The notes below the pieces were generated by a model. That model was not told the origin of the DNA, ran no database searches, and was given only the letters and a program-made list of their open reading frames with translations. From contig CAXXMU010000001.1 of the NCBI GenBank assembly GCA_963667785.2, positions 96,001 to 160,000 of the forward strand: DNA of 64,000 bases, in the 5' to 3' direction. The position numbers and the translations under genes are program-made. This document shows, piece by piece, positions 45,394 to 54,860 of this stretch (its first letter is position 1; each line of letters begins with the position of its first letter). The stretch is from Alphaproteobacteria bacterium (GTDB taxonomy: Bacteria > Pseudomonadota > Alphaproteobacteria > UBA828).

Positions 45394-47619
45394 TTGACCG
45401 GCAGGCAGGCGCCGTTTCCGACCAGGGATGAGGTTCTGCGCTTCGTCCGGGAGAGCCCCGGCAAGGTCGGCAGGCGGGAGATCGCGCGCGCTTTCGGCAT
45501 CGGCGGCAACGACCGCGCCGCGCTGACCGACCTCCTGCGCTCGCTCGAGGAAGAAGGCGCGCTCGACGGGCCCCGCCGGCGCCGGCGAACGCCCGGGACG
45601 CTGCCTCAGGTCACGGTCCTGGAGGTCACGGATCTCGACCCCGACGGCGCGCTCGGCGCACGGCCTGCACGCTGGGAGGAGGACGAGCCGCCGCCGCCGA
45701 TCACCCTCGATGCCGCGCCCCGCGGCGTGCCCGAGCCGGGGGTCGGCGACCGCGTGCTCGCCCGGCTCCGGCCCGCGCCCGACGGCGGCTACCTGGCGCG
45801 GCCCATGCGCGTGCTCGATGCCGGCCCGCGCCGCGTGGTCGGGATCTTCCGCGCCGACGGGCGCGGCGGCGGGGCGATCCAGCCGGCGGACCACCGCCAG
45901 CGCCGCGATCTTGCGGTGCCGGAAGGCGCGACCGCCGGCGCGCGCCAGGGCGAGCTGGTGGTGGGCGAGACGCGCGAGGGCAGCCGCCTCGGCCCGCCCG
46001 AGGCGCGCGTGGTCGAGCGGCTGGGGGCGCCCGATTCGCCTGGCGCGATCAGCCTCGCCGCCATCCACACCCACGGCCTGCCCTTCGACTTCCCGGACGA
46101 CGCGCTGGCCGAGGCCGCCAGCCTGGAGGCGCCGGGCCCCGAGGGACGCGCGGACCTGAGATCGCTCCCGCTCGTCACCATCGACGGTGCGGACGCCCGC
46201 GACTTCGACGACGCCGTCTGGGCCGAGGCCGATGCCGCGCCCGACAACGAGGGCGGCTTTCGCGCCACCGTCGCCATCGCCGACGTCGCCCACTTCGTCC
46301 GCCCGCACACCGCGCTCGACCGGGCGGCGCGCGAGCGCGGCAACTCCGCCTATTTTCCCGACCGCGTGGTGCCGATGCTGCCGGAGGCGCTTTCGGCCGA
46401 TCTCTGCTCGCTGAAGCCGGGCCTCGACCGTGCCTGCCTGGCGGTGCATCTGAGGATCGCTGCCGACGGCGCGCTGCTGGCGTGGCGCTTCGAGCGCGCG
46501 CTCATGCGCTCGGCCGCGCGGCTCACCTATGACGGGATGCAGGCGGCGGCGGACAGCGGCGGCGAGGGCCTTGCGGAAGCGCTGCGGCCGGCGATGGCCG
46601 CGCTCTACGGCGCCTTGGGCGCGCTCCGGGCGGCGCGGGAGCGACGCGGCGCGCTCGACCTGGAGCTGCCCGAACGCACGGTGGCGCTCGCCGCCGACGG
46701 CACGGTGTCGCGCATCGGCTTCGCCCGCCGTCACGACAGCCACCGCCTGATCGAGGAGCTGATGATCGCGGCGAACGTCGCCGCTGCGAGCGCGCTCGAC
46801 GCCGCACGCACCCCTTGCATGTACCGCGTCCACGACCGGCCCGACACGGCCAAGCTCGACGTGCTGCAGGAGCTTCTCAGGAGCCGCGGGCTCAGAGTGC
46901 GCCTGCGCGGCGCGATGGGCGCCGACGCCTTCAACAGGATTCTCGCCGGCCTCGACGATCCGCGAGACGCGGCCATTGCCGGTCTGATGATCCTGCGCGC
47001 CCAGGCGCAGGCCGCCTACAGCCCGCGCAACATCGGCCATTTCGGGCTGGGGCTCAGGCGCTACGCCCACTTCACCTCGCCGATCCGCCGCTACGCCGAC
47101 CTGCTCGTTCACCGTGCCCTGATCGCGGCCTGCGATCTCGGGCCGGCCAGTGCCGGGCAGGGTGCCGCCGGGCAGGGCGAGGCGGCGGCGCTGGAGCAGG
47201 TCGGTGCGCACGTCTCGTCGACCGAGCGGCGCGCGCAGGCCGCCGAGCGCGACGCCATGGACCGCTACTGCGCCGCCTACCTGGCCGAGCGCGTGGATGC
47301 GGCGTTCCACGGCCGCATCGTCGGCGTGACGCGCTTCGGCATCTTCGTCTCCCTCGACGAGACCGGCGCCGAGGGCCTGGTGCCCGCGCGCACGCTGGGC
47401 CGGGTGCGGCCGCGCTTCGATGCGCGCCGGCACACGCTCGCCGTCGGCGGCCGCACCCTCGGCCTGGGCGATGCCGTGATCGTGACGCTGCGGGAGGCCG
47501 ACCCGCTCGCAGGCGGTCTCGCCTTCACGCTCGACGCGGCGAACGGCGAGGCCTGGGAGCAGGCCCCGGACCACGACGGGGGGCGGCGCGGAGGGCGGCG
47601 CGAGCGGCGGCGGCGCTGA
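45394..47619 (+). CDS. rnr: Ribonuclease R (RNB domain)
   Basis: TIDGADARDFDDA, HFTSPIRRYADL, C-terminal S1; follows topA. Confidence 0.93.
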   Translation: MTGRQAPFPTRDEVLRFVRESPGKVGRREIARAFGIGGNDRAALTDLLRSLEEEGALDGPRRRRRTPGTLPQVTVLEVTDLDPDGALGARPARWEEDEPPPPITLDAAPRGVPEPGVGDRVLARLRPAPDGGYLARPMRVLDAGPRRVVGIFRADGRGGGAIQPADHRQRRDLAVPEGATAGARQGELVVGETREGSRLGPPEARVVERLGAPDSPGAISLAAIHTHGLPFDFPDDALAEAASLEAPGPEGRADLRSLPLVTIDGADARDFDDAVWAEADAAPDNEGGFRATVAIADVAHFVRPHTALDRAARERGNSAYFPDRVVPMLPEALSADLCSLKPGLDRACLAVHLRIAADGALLAWRFERALMRSAARLTYDGMQAAADSGGEGLAEALRPAMAALYGALGALRAARERRGALDLELPERTVALAADGTVSRIGFARRHDSHRLIEELMIAANVAAASALDAARTPCMYRVHDRPDTAKLDVLQELLRSRGLRVRLRGAMGADAFNRILAGLDDPRDAAIAGLMILRAQAQAAYSPRNIGHFGLGLRRYAHFTSPIRRYADLLVHRALIAACDLGPASAGQGAAGQGEAAALEQVGAHVSSTERRAQAAERDAMDRYCAAYLAERVDAAFHGRIVGVTRFGIFVSLDETGAEGLVPARTLGRVRPRFDARRHTLAVGGRTLGLGDAVIVTLREADPLAGGLAFTLDAANGEAWEQAPDHDGGRRGGRRERRRR

Positions 47620-47621
47620 TC

Positions 47622-48836
47622 GTGGCGCCCGCGCGCACCCGCTGGGATATCGTCGCGCTCGCCTTCGCGGCCGGCTACATGGTGGGCATGCAGGTCGGCA
47701 AGGTGCCGCCGGCGCTGCCGCTGCTGCAGGCGGAGCTCGGGCTCTCCCGGGTCATCGCCGGGCTGATCGCGTCTTCCTTCTACGGCATCGGCGCCGTTCT
47801 CGGCGTCACCGGCGGGCTGCTCGTCGACCGGCTGGGCATCGGCCGGCTGGTCGCGGTGGGGGGTGCGACCATGGCGCTCGCCAGCCTCGCCGGAGGCTTC
47901 GCGAGCAGCGGGCCGCCGCTGCTGGCTGCCCGCATCGTCGAGGGCTTCGGCTTTGCCACCCTCTCGGTCGCCGCGCCCAAGATGCTCTTCGCTGCGACCG
48001 GCGACGGAGTCCGCCGCTTCGTCCTCGGCGTCTGGGGCACCTACATGCCGATCGGCATCGCGCTCTCGCTGGTGATCGCGACGGCGATGCTGGAGCCGTT
48101 CGGCTGGCGCGGGCTCTGGTTCCTCAACGCCGGGCTGATCCTGCTCTTCCTGCTCGCCTTCGCCTGGGTCGCGGCGCCCCGGCGCTGGCAGGCGCCGGCG
48201 GCGAGCGGGGCGGCGTTCGACCGCGCCGGCGTGCTGGAGACGCTGGCGCGGCCGGGGCCGTGGCTCTTCGGCGCCTGCTTCGTGATCTTCGCGGTCCAGT
48301 GGCAGGCGCTGATGGCATGGCTGCCGACCTTCCTGATCGAGACGCAGGCGCGCTCGCTCCCCGGCGCCGCGCTCTTCACCGCGCTCTTCGTCCTCGCCAC
48401 CGCCTGCGGCTCCGTGGCCAGCGCGTGGCTCATGCACCGGGGCGGCGCGCGCTGGGCGCTGCTGGGCGCCTCCTTCACCGGGATGGGGGTGTGCGCGGCG
48501 CTGCTGTTCGCGCCGTTCACGCCGGTGGCTGCCAAGATCCCGCTCGCGGTCTGCTTCGCGCTGGCCGGCGGCCCGGTGCCCGCCGCCTGCTTCGAGGGCG
48601 GCATCGCGCACGCGTCGAGTCAGGCGCAGGTCGCCATGGCAGGCGGCTTCGTGGCGCAGGGAGCCGCGCTCGGCGCCGTGCTCGGGCCGCCGCTGCTGGC
48701 TGCGGTGACCGAGGCGCTCGGCGGCTGGTCCGCGGCCTGGTGGACCATGTTCGTGTGCGCCGGCTTCGGGCTCGCGGCGGTCGTCGGCGTGTGGCGGGCG
48801 GATGCGCGCATCGCAGGCGCGGAGGCCGCCGCATGA
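47622..48836 (+). CDS. MFS transporter (CynX-like)
   Basis: About 12 hydrophobic segments, GLLVDRLG motif A, RIVEGFG. Confidence 0.85.
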   Translation: MAPARTRWDIVALAFAAGYMVGMQVGKVPPALPLLQAELGLSRVIAGLIASSFYGIGAVLGVTGGLLVDRLGIGRLVAVGGATMALASLAGGFASSGPPLLAARIVEGFGFATLSVAAPKMLFAATGDGVRRFVLGVWGTYMPIGIALSLVIATAMLEPFGWRGLWFLNAGLILLFLLAFAWVAAPRRWQAPAASGAAFDRAGVLETLARPGPWLFGACFVIFAVQWQALMAWLPTFLIETQARSLPGAALFTALFVLATACGSVASAWLMHRGGARWALLGASFTGMGVCAALLFAPFTPVAAKIPLAVCFALAGGPVPAACFEGGIAHASSQAQVAMAGGFVAQGAALGAVLGPPLLAAVTEALGGWSAAWWTMFVCAGFGLAAVVGVWRADARIAGAEAAA

Positions 48837-49822
48837 CAGGCCGCCGTTCTCTGACGGCAGCCCTCGCCGCGGTCTGCGTCGCGGGCACCCTGGCGCTGGC
48901 GGCCGGCGCGGCGCTCGGCGCCTCCGTCCCGCTCAGCGTGCGCGGGGTCGCCCTCGATGCGGCGGACGAGAGCGTGAACCGGGTCGGCCGGCTGCACTAT
49001 CTCGGCGGGCTCGAGCTGCGGAGCGAGGCGGATGCGTTCGGCGGGCTGTCGGGCCTCAGCGTCACGGCGGACGGGCGGCTTGCCGCCGTCACCGATCGCG
49101 GCCACCGCTTCACGGCCCGCATCGTGCGCGACGCCGCCGGCCGTCTGGTGGACCTCGTGGAGGCATCGCTCGCGCCGCTCGGCGACACGCAGGGCCGGCC
49201 GCTGGCAGGCCACTGGCGCGACGCCGAGGCACTCGAGCGCCTGCCCGGCGGCGACTGGCTGGTGAGCTTCGAGCGCAACCACCGCGTGTGGCGCTACGCC
49301 GCCGGAAGCGGCGGCCCCGACGGCCCGGCCCGACCCTTCCCCACGCCCGACGCGCTCGCCCGCGCCCCTCTCAACGGCGGGCTGGAGGCGCTCGCACCGC
49401 TCCCCGACGGCCGCGTCCTCATGCTGGCGGAGGACCTGACGCGGACGGACGGGACGCACGCCGGCTGGCTCGTCGGCGACGAGACCCACCCGTTCGGCTA
49501 TCGCCCCGCGCCGGACTTCAAGCCGACCGATGCGGCGCTGCTGCCCGACGGCGACCTGCTTGTGCTTACCCGCTTCTTCAGCCTGATCGGGGGCCTCAAG
49601 GCGCGTCTGGAGCGCGTATCCGCCGGCACCCTCGCGGCCGGTGCCGTGCTGCGGGGCACGCTCGTCGCCCACATCGCCCCGCCGCTGACGGTGGACAATT
49701 TCGAGGGCGTGGCGGTGGCGCGCGGCGCGGACGGCGGGACGCTCGTCTACCTCCTCTCCGACGACAACTTCAACGCCTTCCAGCGCACCCTGCTGCTGCT
49801 CTTCCGCCTCGACGCCGAGTGA
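48833..49822 (+). CDS. Esterase-like activity of phytase family protein (secreted)
   Basis: FGGLSGL, DAEAL, NGGLEAL, DNFEG, SDDNFNAFQRT; RR-containing signal. Confidence 0.85.
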   Translation: MTGRRSLTAALAAVCVAGTLALAAGAALGASVPLSVRGVALDAADESVNRVGRLHYLGGLELRSEADAFGGLSGLSVTADGRLAAVTDRGHRFTARIVRDAAGRLVDLVEASLAPLGDTQGRPLAGHWRDAEALERLPGGDWLVSFERNHRVWRYAAGSGGPDGPARPFPTPDALARAPLNGGLEALAPLPDGRVLMLAEDLTRTDGTHAGWLVGDETHPFGYRPAPDFKPTDAALLPDGDLLVLTRFFSLIGGLKARLERVSAGTLAAGAVLRGTLVAHIAPPLTVDNFEGVAVARGADGGTLVYLLSDDNFNAFQRTLLLLFRLDAE

Positions 49823-49852
49823 CGGGCGCGGCGCTTCAGTCGCTGCCTGCGC

Positions 49853-51373
49853 TCATCTCGTGCCGCCGAAGCCGGCCAGGAGGCTGACCTCCCGGTCGTC
49901 GAGCACGCCCGCCATCTCCTCGTGGGCGGGGCCGAAGAAGCCGCCCATGATGCGGCCTTCCTCGTCCGCGAACCCGTTGTCGGTGACGCCGACGGCATAG
50001 GCCAGGCTCGGCATCCGGAAGGCGCGCGAGCGGCCGTCCACGTCAACGGTGAGGTTGTCGAAGCCGGCGGTGCCCGAGAGGTCCGCGAGGTTCACCTGCA
50101 GGGCTGCGTCGCCGAACACCGGCGGCAGGGCCGCGTGGCCGATATCGACGCCGAGCAGGGAGCCCGTCCAGGTCACCTGCCCCTGCAGAACGGCGGACTC
50201 GGCAAGGGTCGTCGCCGGGGCGATGCCGAACGCATCGGCGCCGGCACGCAGCCGGTCGCCGCTGCCGAGCTGGCGCTCCACCCCGACGCCCCAGGCGCCG
50301 TACTGGCCCCAGGCGCCGTAGCCGTAGAGCTCCGGCTCGGAGGCGGTCGTGCTGCTCAGGATCTCGTATCCCATGTCGGTGAGGATCGCGAAGTCGAGCG
50401 CGCTCGGGCTGCTCAGGTCGCTGCAATAGGCCATGATGGACGAGCAGACGCCGGGGTGAGCGTAGTCGATCGTAGCCCCGATCGTGTAGGGCGCGACCGG
50501 CTCGAGGTCATCGTTGATCCACTGGAAGGGCAGGGGCGCGCCGCCGTTGGCCCGCATCGCCGCCGGTCCCTCGAAGGTGTTGTCCACATAGTTCGCGTAG
50601 CGTTCGAACGACCCGTAGAAGGAACCCGGAAAGATACCCAGCACGTGCCCGATCTCGTGCGCCATGACGTCGGTGTAGCCGTGGTGTTGCCGGGACAGCA
50701 GGATCGAGCCGAGCCAGGGCTCCAGGTCGTGGGAGCTGTACTCGGCGCGCTGAAAGGTCGCCGAGGAGGTGTTGTCGGAGTCCGGCCCCTCGTCGAGCAC
50801 GAAGATGAGGACGCCATCCGTCGTCACCGCCCGGTCCACCTGCATGTGGATGTCTCCGTGGTAGATGGTCGTCCCCGCCGAGGCGGTGTGTTCCCCGAAG
50901 TCGTCGAGAATGCGGTAGGACCAGCTCTTGCCCGCGCGCTCCATCCGGGCACGCACCGCCGTGTCGGCGTTCTCGGCGAAGCGCCAGTCGAACTCGATGT
51001 TCAGCGTGCCGGCCGGGCCGCCCTTCCACTGCCCGTAGGTGATCCCGCCCCGCTCGCCGACGATGTCGATGTCTTCGGGGCGGACGTTTCTCAGCATGGT
51101 CCCCGTCTCGTCGTCGTCGGCTCCGGCAGTGGCGAGCAGCCGGCCGATGACCGCTCGTCGCGCCTCGACGTCCGACACGGCCGCGAGGCCCAGCGCGCTC
51201 CGCAGGCGCTCCGGATCGTTCCAGTGGTCGAGCAGGTCCTCCGCGCCCTGGTTGCCGCGCGCGTAGAGTCCGAAGCCCGATGTCGCTCCATCGTCACCGC
51301 CGCCGCCGCAGCCGACCAGGCCCGGCGCGAGCAACAGGGCGAATGCCACCAAGACGAGCGGTCTGATAGACAT
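49853..51373 (-). CDS. Lipoprotein with zincin HExxH metallopeptidase motif and C-terminal TbpB-like beta-barrel
   Basis: Lipobox LVGC, AHEIGHVLG, C-terminal GGFFGPAHEEMAGV...AGFGG. Confidence 0.7.
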   Translation of the reverse strand: MSIRPLVLVAFALLLAPGLVGCGGGGDDGATSGFGLYARGNQGAEDLLDHWNDPERLRSALGLAAVSDVEARRAVIGRLLATAGADDDETGTMLRNVRPEDIDIVGERGGITYGQWKGGPAGTLNIEFDWRFAENADTAVRARMERAGKSWSYRILDDFGEHTASAGTTIYHGDIHMQVDRAVTTDGVLIFVLDEGPDSDNTSSATFQRAEYSSHDLEPWLGSILLSRQHHGYTDVMAHEIGHVLGIFPGSFYGSFERYANYVDNTFEGPAAMRANGGAPLPFQWINDDLEPVAPYTIGATIDYAHPGVCSSIMAYCSDLSSPSALDFAILTDMGYEILSSTTASEPELYGYGAWGQYGAWGVGVERQLGSGDRLRAGADAFGIAPATTLAESAVLQGQVTWTGSLLGVDIGHAALPPVFGDAALQVNLADLSGTAGFDNLTVDVDGRSRAFRMPSLAYAVGVTDNGFADEEGRIMGGFFGPAHEEMAGVLDDREVSLLAGFGGTR

Positions 51374-51566
51374 GAGAAATACTCCCCCTACTGCTGCCCT
51401 TCAGGGCGGATAAAATTGGCCAATACTTATTATTGTTGATACGCGGCTACTCTTGATATCTCAGATTAACATGAATTCGGACGCGATACCGGCGCGCAGG
51501 CCCCGCCGCCGCCCGCGCGATGGTGCTACCATCCGCACAGAGCGGGAAAGACGCAGGCAGGGAGCG

Positions 51567-52859
51567 ATGGGCTACACGATCGCCGAAAAAATCCTGGGGC
51601 GCGCGAGCCGGACCGGCGAGCCGGCGCGCGCCGGCACGGAAGTCGAGGTCAAGCCCGACTACGTGCTGGGCTACGACTTCCCCGGCTATCTCGACCTGAT
51701 CTTCCGGCAGATGAGGGACGAGTTCGGCATCGAGCGAGTGGCCGAGCCGGAGCGCTACGCGCTCTTCATCGACCACATGGTACCGGCCAACACGCCCGAG
51801 GAGGAGGAGCTGCACATCGTTACCCGCACCTGGTGCGCGGACAACGGCGTGAAGCTCCACGAGCGCGAGGGGATCGGCCACCAGGTGGCAGCCGAGGCGG
51901 GCTACGCGGTGCCGGGCGGCTTGGTCGTCCACTTCGACGGCCACATCGCGCAGCTCGGCGCCTTCGGCACGCTCGCCATCGGCATCCACACGCAGCTCCT
52001 GGAGGCCTTCGTCCGCGAGCGGATCGACTTCACCGTGCCGCAGACGACGCGGGTGAACCTCACCGGGCGGCTCAGCCCGGGCGTGATGGCGCGCGACGTG
52101 TTCCACCACCTGGTTCGCGTCCTCGGCCCGCGGTCCTGCCGCTTCCAGGTGCTGGAGCTGGGCGGGCCGGCGCTCGGCGCCATCTCGCTCGAAGGGCGCC
52201 AGACCATCACCGGGCTCGCCATGTTCACCGGCGCGCTCACGGCGATCTGCAACCCCGACGCGCGCGCGCTCGACTATGCCCGCGCCCGCGTCGCCCGGCC
52301 CTTCGAGCCGCAGGCGAGCGATGCGGACGCCACCTTCGCCGCCCTGCACGAGGTGGATCTCACCGATCTCGCGCCCATCGTTGTGGTGCCGCCCAATCCG
52401 GCCGCCACCGCCGACCTCGCGGACCACGCGGGGCTTCCGGTCCAGGCCGGCTATCTCGGCTCCTGCGCCTCCGGTCGGCTGGAGGACCTGCGGGCCGCGG
52501 CGGCGGTGCTCACGGGCCGCCGCGTCGCGCCGGGGTTTCAGCTCCACATCGTGCCCACCAGCCAGGCGATCATGGCGGACGCCGCGCGCGAGGGCCTGCT
52601 GACCACGCTGATCGAGGCCGGCGCCTTCGTCACCTCGTCCTCCTGCGACTACTGCTACGGGCGGATCGCCACCATGAGCGCGGGCCAGCGCGCGGTCTCC
52701 ACCGGCACGCTCAACGTCAAGGGGCGCATGGGCAGCCCCGAGTCAGAGATCTATCTCTGCAACGCCGCGGCGGTGGCCGCATCGGCCGTGGAAGGGCGGA
52801 TCGCCGACCCCCGCCCCTACCTCGCGGAGGTCGCCCAAGCCCCGGAGGCCGGCGCGTGA
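51567..52859 (+). CDS. Aconitase-superfamily (LeuC-like) large subunit, atypical active site
   Basis: TIAEKIL, IDH, GSCASG and CDYCYG Fe-S ligands, GRMG; DSHT replaced by DGHI. Confidence 0.88.
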   Translation: MGYTIAEKILGRASRTGEPARAGTEVEVKPDYVLGYDFPGYLDLIFRQMRDEFGIERVAEPERYALFIDHMVPANTPEEEELHIVTRTWCADNGVKLHEREGIGHQVAAEAGYAVPGGLVVHFDGHIAQLGAFGTLAIGIHTQLLEAFVRERIDFTVPQTTRVNLTGRLSPGVMARDVFHHLVRVLGPRSCRFQVLELGGPALGAISLEGRQTITGLAMFTGALTAICNPDARALDYARARVARPFEPQASDADATFAALHEVDLTDLAPIVVVPPNPAATADLADHAGLPVQAGYLGSCASGRLEDLRAAAAVLTGRRVAPGFQLHIVPTSQAIMADAAREGLLTTLIEAGAFVTSSSCDYCYGRIATMSAGQRAVSTGTLNVKGRMGSPESEIYLCNAAAVAASAVEGRIADPRPYLAEVAQAPEAGA

Positions 52860-53374
52860 GCCTCGCCTCGCACCGTGGCCGCGTGGCCTGGGTCTTCGAG
52901 GAGGCGGACTTCGACGTGGACCAGATCGTCGGCGTCGAGAACATCCGCCTCACCGATCCGGACGCGCTCGCGGCCTGCGCCATGCGCCGCTACGACCCCG
53001 CCTTCGCCGAGGCGGTGCAGCCCGGCGATGTCGTCGTCGGCGCCGAGAACTTCGGCTACGGCCACCCCCACTTCGCGCCGATGATCGGGCTGCGCCGGCT
53101 CGGCATCGCCGCGGTGATCGCTGAGTCCTTCGCCACCGGCTACTGGCGGGAGGAGATCGCCGAGGGCTTTCCGCAGATCGCCTGCCCCGGCATCGCCGGG
53201 CTGGTGGCGCGCTGGGACGAGGTGGAGATCGACTGGGAGGGGGCGCAGGTCCGCAACCTGACGCGGGGCGGGGCGCTCCCCATCGCGCCCTATTCGAGCG
53301 CCGAGCGCGGCATGCTGCAGGCCGGCGGGCTGATCCCCTACCTGCGAGAGAAGTTGGCGGCAGACGGCGGCTGA
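52856..53374 (+). CDS. Aconitase-superfamily (LeuD-like) small subunit, atypical
   Basis: DVDQI, NFGYGHPH, AVIAESFA, AGGL; GTG overlaps the upstream stop. Confidence 0.85.
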   Translation: MSLASHRGRVAWVFEEADFDVDQIVGVENIRLTDPDALAACAMRRYDPAFAEAVQPGDVVVGAENFGYGHPHFAPMIGLRRLGIAAVIAESFATGYWREEIAEGFPQIACPGIAGLVARWDEVEIDWEGAQVRNLTRGGALPIAPYSSAERGMLQAGGLIPYLREKLAADGG

Positions 53375-53384
53375 ACCGGCTCCC

Positions 53385-53840
53385 CTACGGGCGGGGGCGG
53401 TATTTCTCCGGCATCTGCGGGCTGTTGGCGGGGTCGGTGTCGTGCTTCGCGAGCCGGGTCACGACGCCCTTGCCGACGAGCGACCCGAGTTCCGCCTCCA
53501 GCGCATCGGCCCTGTCGCGGGCGTAGACCTCCCGGCCGCCGACATGGAGCGAGAAGGACTTCCGGTACTTCGCCCGCTTGGCAGGATCGGCGATCACCGC
53601 CTTGGTCCAGGCGTAGAGCGGGTAGTGCTCGATGCCGGTCGCCTCGGCCTCGGCGCAGTAGCCGGCGAAGGCATCGTACTGGCAGACCAGTGCCGCATCG
53701 TGCGCGGCGAGGATGGCGCGGAGCGGCGCGAGCCCCGCATGGTCCGCGCCCGCCCGCGCGGCGCTGGCGGCGTCCTCCGCGAGATCGACGCGAAGCTGGT
53801 AGAGCCACTCGTCCGCCACGTCCGGCTCCTTCAACGGCAT
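53385..53840 (-). CDS. Conserved hypothetical protein
   Basis: 151 aa with host-like codon usage; CQYDAFAGYCAEAE and YPLYAWTK segments look protein-like. Confidence 0.7.
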   Translation of the reverse strand: MPLKEPDVADEWLYQLRVDLAEDAASAARAGADHAGLAPLRAILAAHDAALVCQYDAFAGYCAEAEATGIEHYPLYAWTKAVIADPAKRAKYRKSFSLHVGGREVYARDRADALEAELGSLVGKGVVTRLAKHDTDPANSPQMPEKYRPRP

Positions 53841-54006
53841 GTCGTCCCCCAGTGTGGCATATCGCACCCACTCGCCAAGCCGGAGAGGCCCTCCCGCCGC
53901 CCTGGCCTTTGCCGCCCGCGGGCGCTCCGCGTATGGTGCCGGCCTGTGCGGCGGGGCAGGGGCTGCTGGGGTCCGATGACGCCCTCCGCAGCCCCGGTGC
54001 CCGCCC

Positions 54007-54843
54007 GTGACCTCTTCCCGCTTCCGCTCCCATCACGCGCTCGGCCTCGCGGCCGCGCTCGTCTTCGCGCTCTTTCCGGTCTTCTGGATGGTGTCCACCT
54101 CGCTGAAGCCGCTCGGCGAGTGGGCGGCGGTGCCGCCGCCCTGGGTGCCGCGCGACCTCACGCTCGCCAACTACGCGCCGCTCTACGAGCGCTTCGAGAT
54201 GAACTACGTCACGGCAAGGGGGACGGGGCTCGGCGCCATTCTCGATTCCTTCATCATCGGCGGCGCCACCACCGTGCTCGCGCTCGTCATCGGGCTCATG
54301 GCGGCGATCGGCTTCTCGCGCTACCGCGCCGGCAGCAACCGGCTCGCCATCGCGATCCTCACCGTCCGCGCCGTGCCGCCGATCACCCTGGCGATCCCGG
54401 CGCTCTTCCTCTTCACCTCGGTGGGGCTGCGCGACACCCATATCGGCATCGTCCTCGTGCACACGGCCTTCGCGGTGCCGTTCTCCTTCTGGATGCTGAA
54501 GAGCTTCATCGACGAGGTGCCGCCCGCCATCGAGGAGGCCGGCATGATGGACGGCATGAGCCGCCTGCGGGCGCATCTCGTCGTGACCCTGCCGCTGATC
54601 CGGGGCGGCCTCGCGGTGACCGGCCTCTTCATCTTCATCCTGACCTGGAACGAGTTCCTGCTGACCATGACGCTGAGCGACAAGGTCGTGGTGACCGTGC
54701 CGCTCTACCTGCACCATCACACCGGCGTCTACGGCGTGCAGGCGGCGCTCGCGAGCGCGGCCGCGCTCCCCATCGTGCTCTTCGGCTTGCTGATCCAGAA
54801 GCACCTCGCGCGCGCGTTCACCCTCGGCGCGATCAAGCAGTAG
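54007..54843 (+). CDS. Carbohydrate ABC transporter permease (MalG-like), orphan
   Basis: PVFWMVSTSLK, EAA loop IEEAGMMDG, TWNEF. Confidence 0.9.
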   Translation: MTSSRFRSHHALGLAAALVFALFPVFWMVSTSLKPLGEWAAVPPPWVPRDLTLANYAPLYERFEMNYVTARGTGLGAILDSFIIGGATTVLALVIGLMAAIGFSRYRAGSNRLAIAILTVRAVPPITLAIPALFLFTSVGLRDTHIGIVLVHTAFAVPFSFWMLKSFIDEVPPAIEEAGMMDGMSRLRAHLVVTLPLIRGGLAVTGLFIFILTWNEFLLTMTLSDKVVVTVPLYLHHHTGVYGVQAALASAAALPIVLFGLLIQKHLARAFTLGAIKQ

Positions 54844-54860
54844 CCGCAGGCGCGGCGTCG

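Noticed and set aside
51567-53374. Assigning leuC/leuD symbols
   Set aside because: Key catalytic motifs differ and there is no leucine-pathway context.
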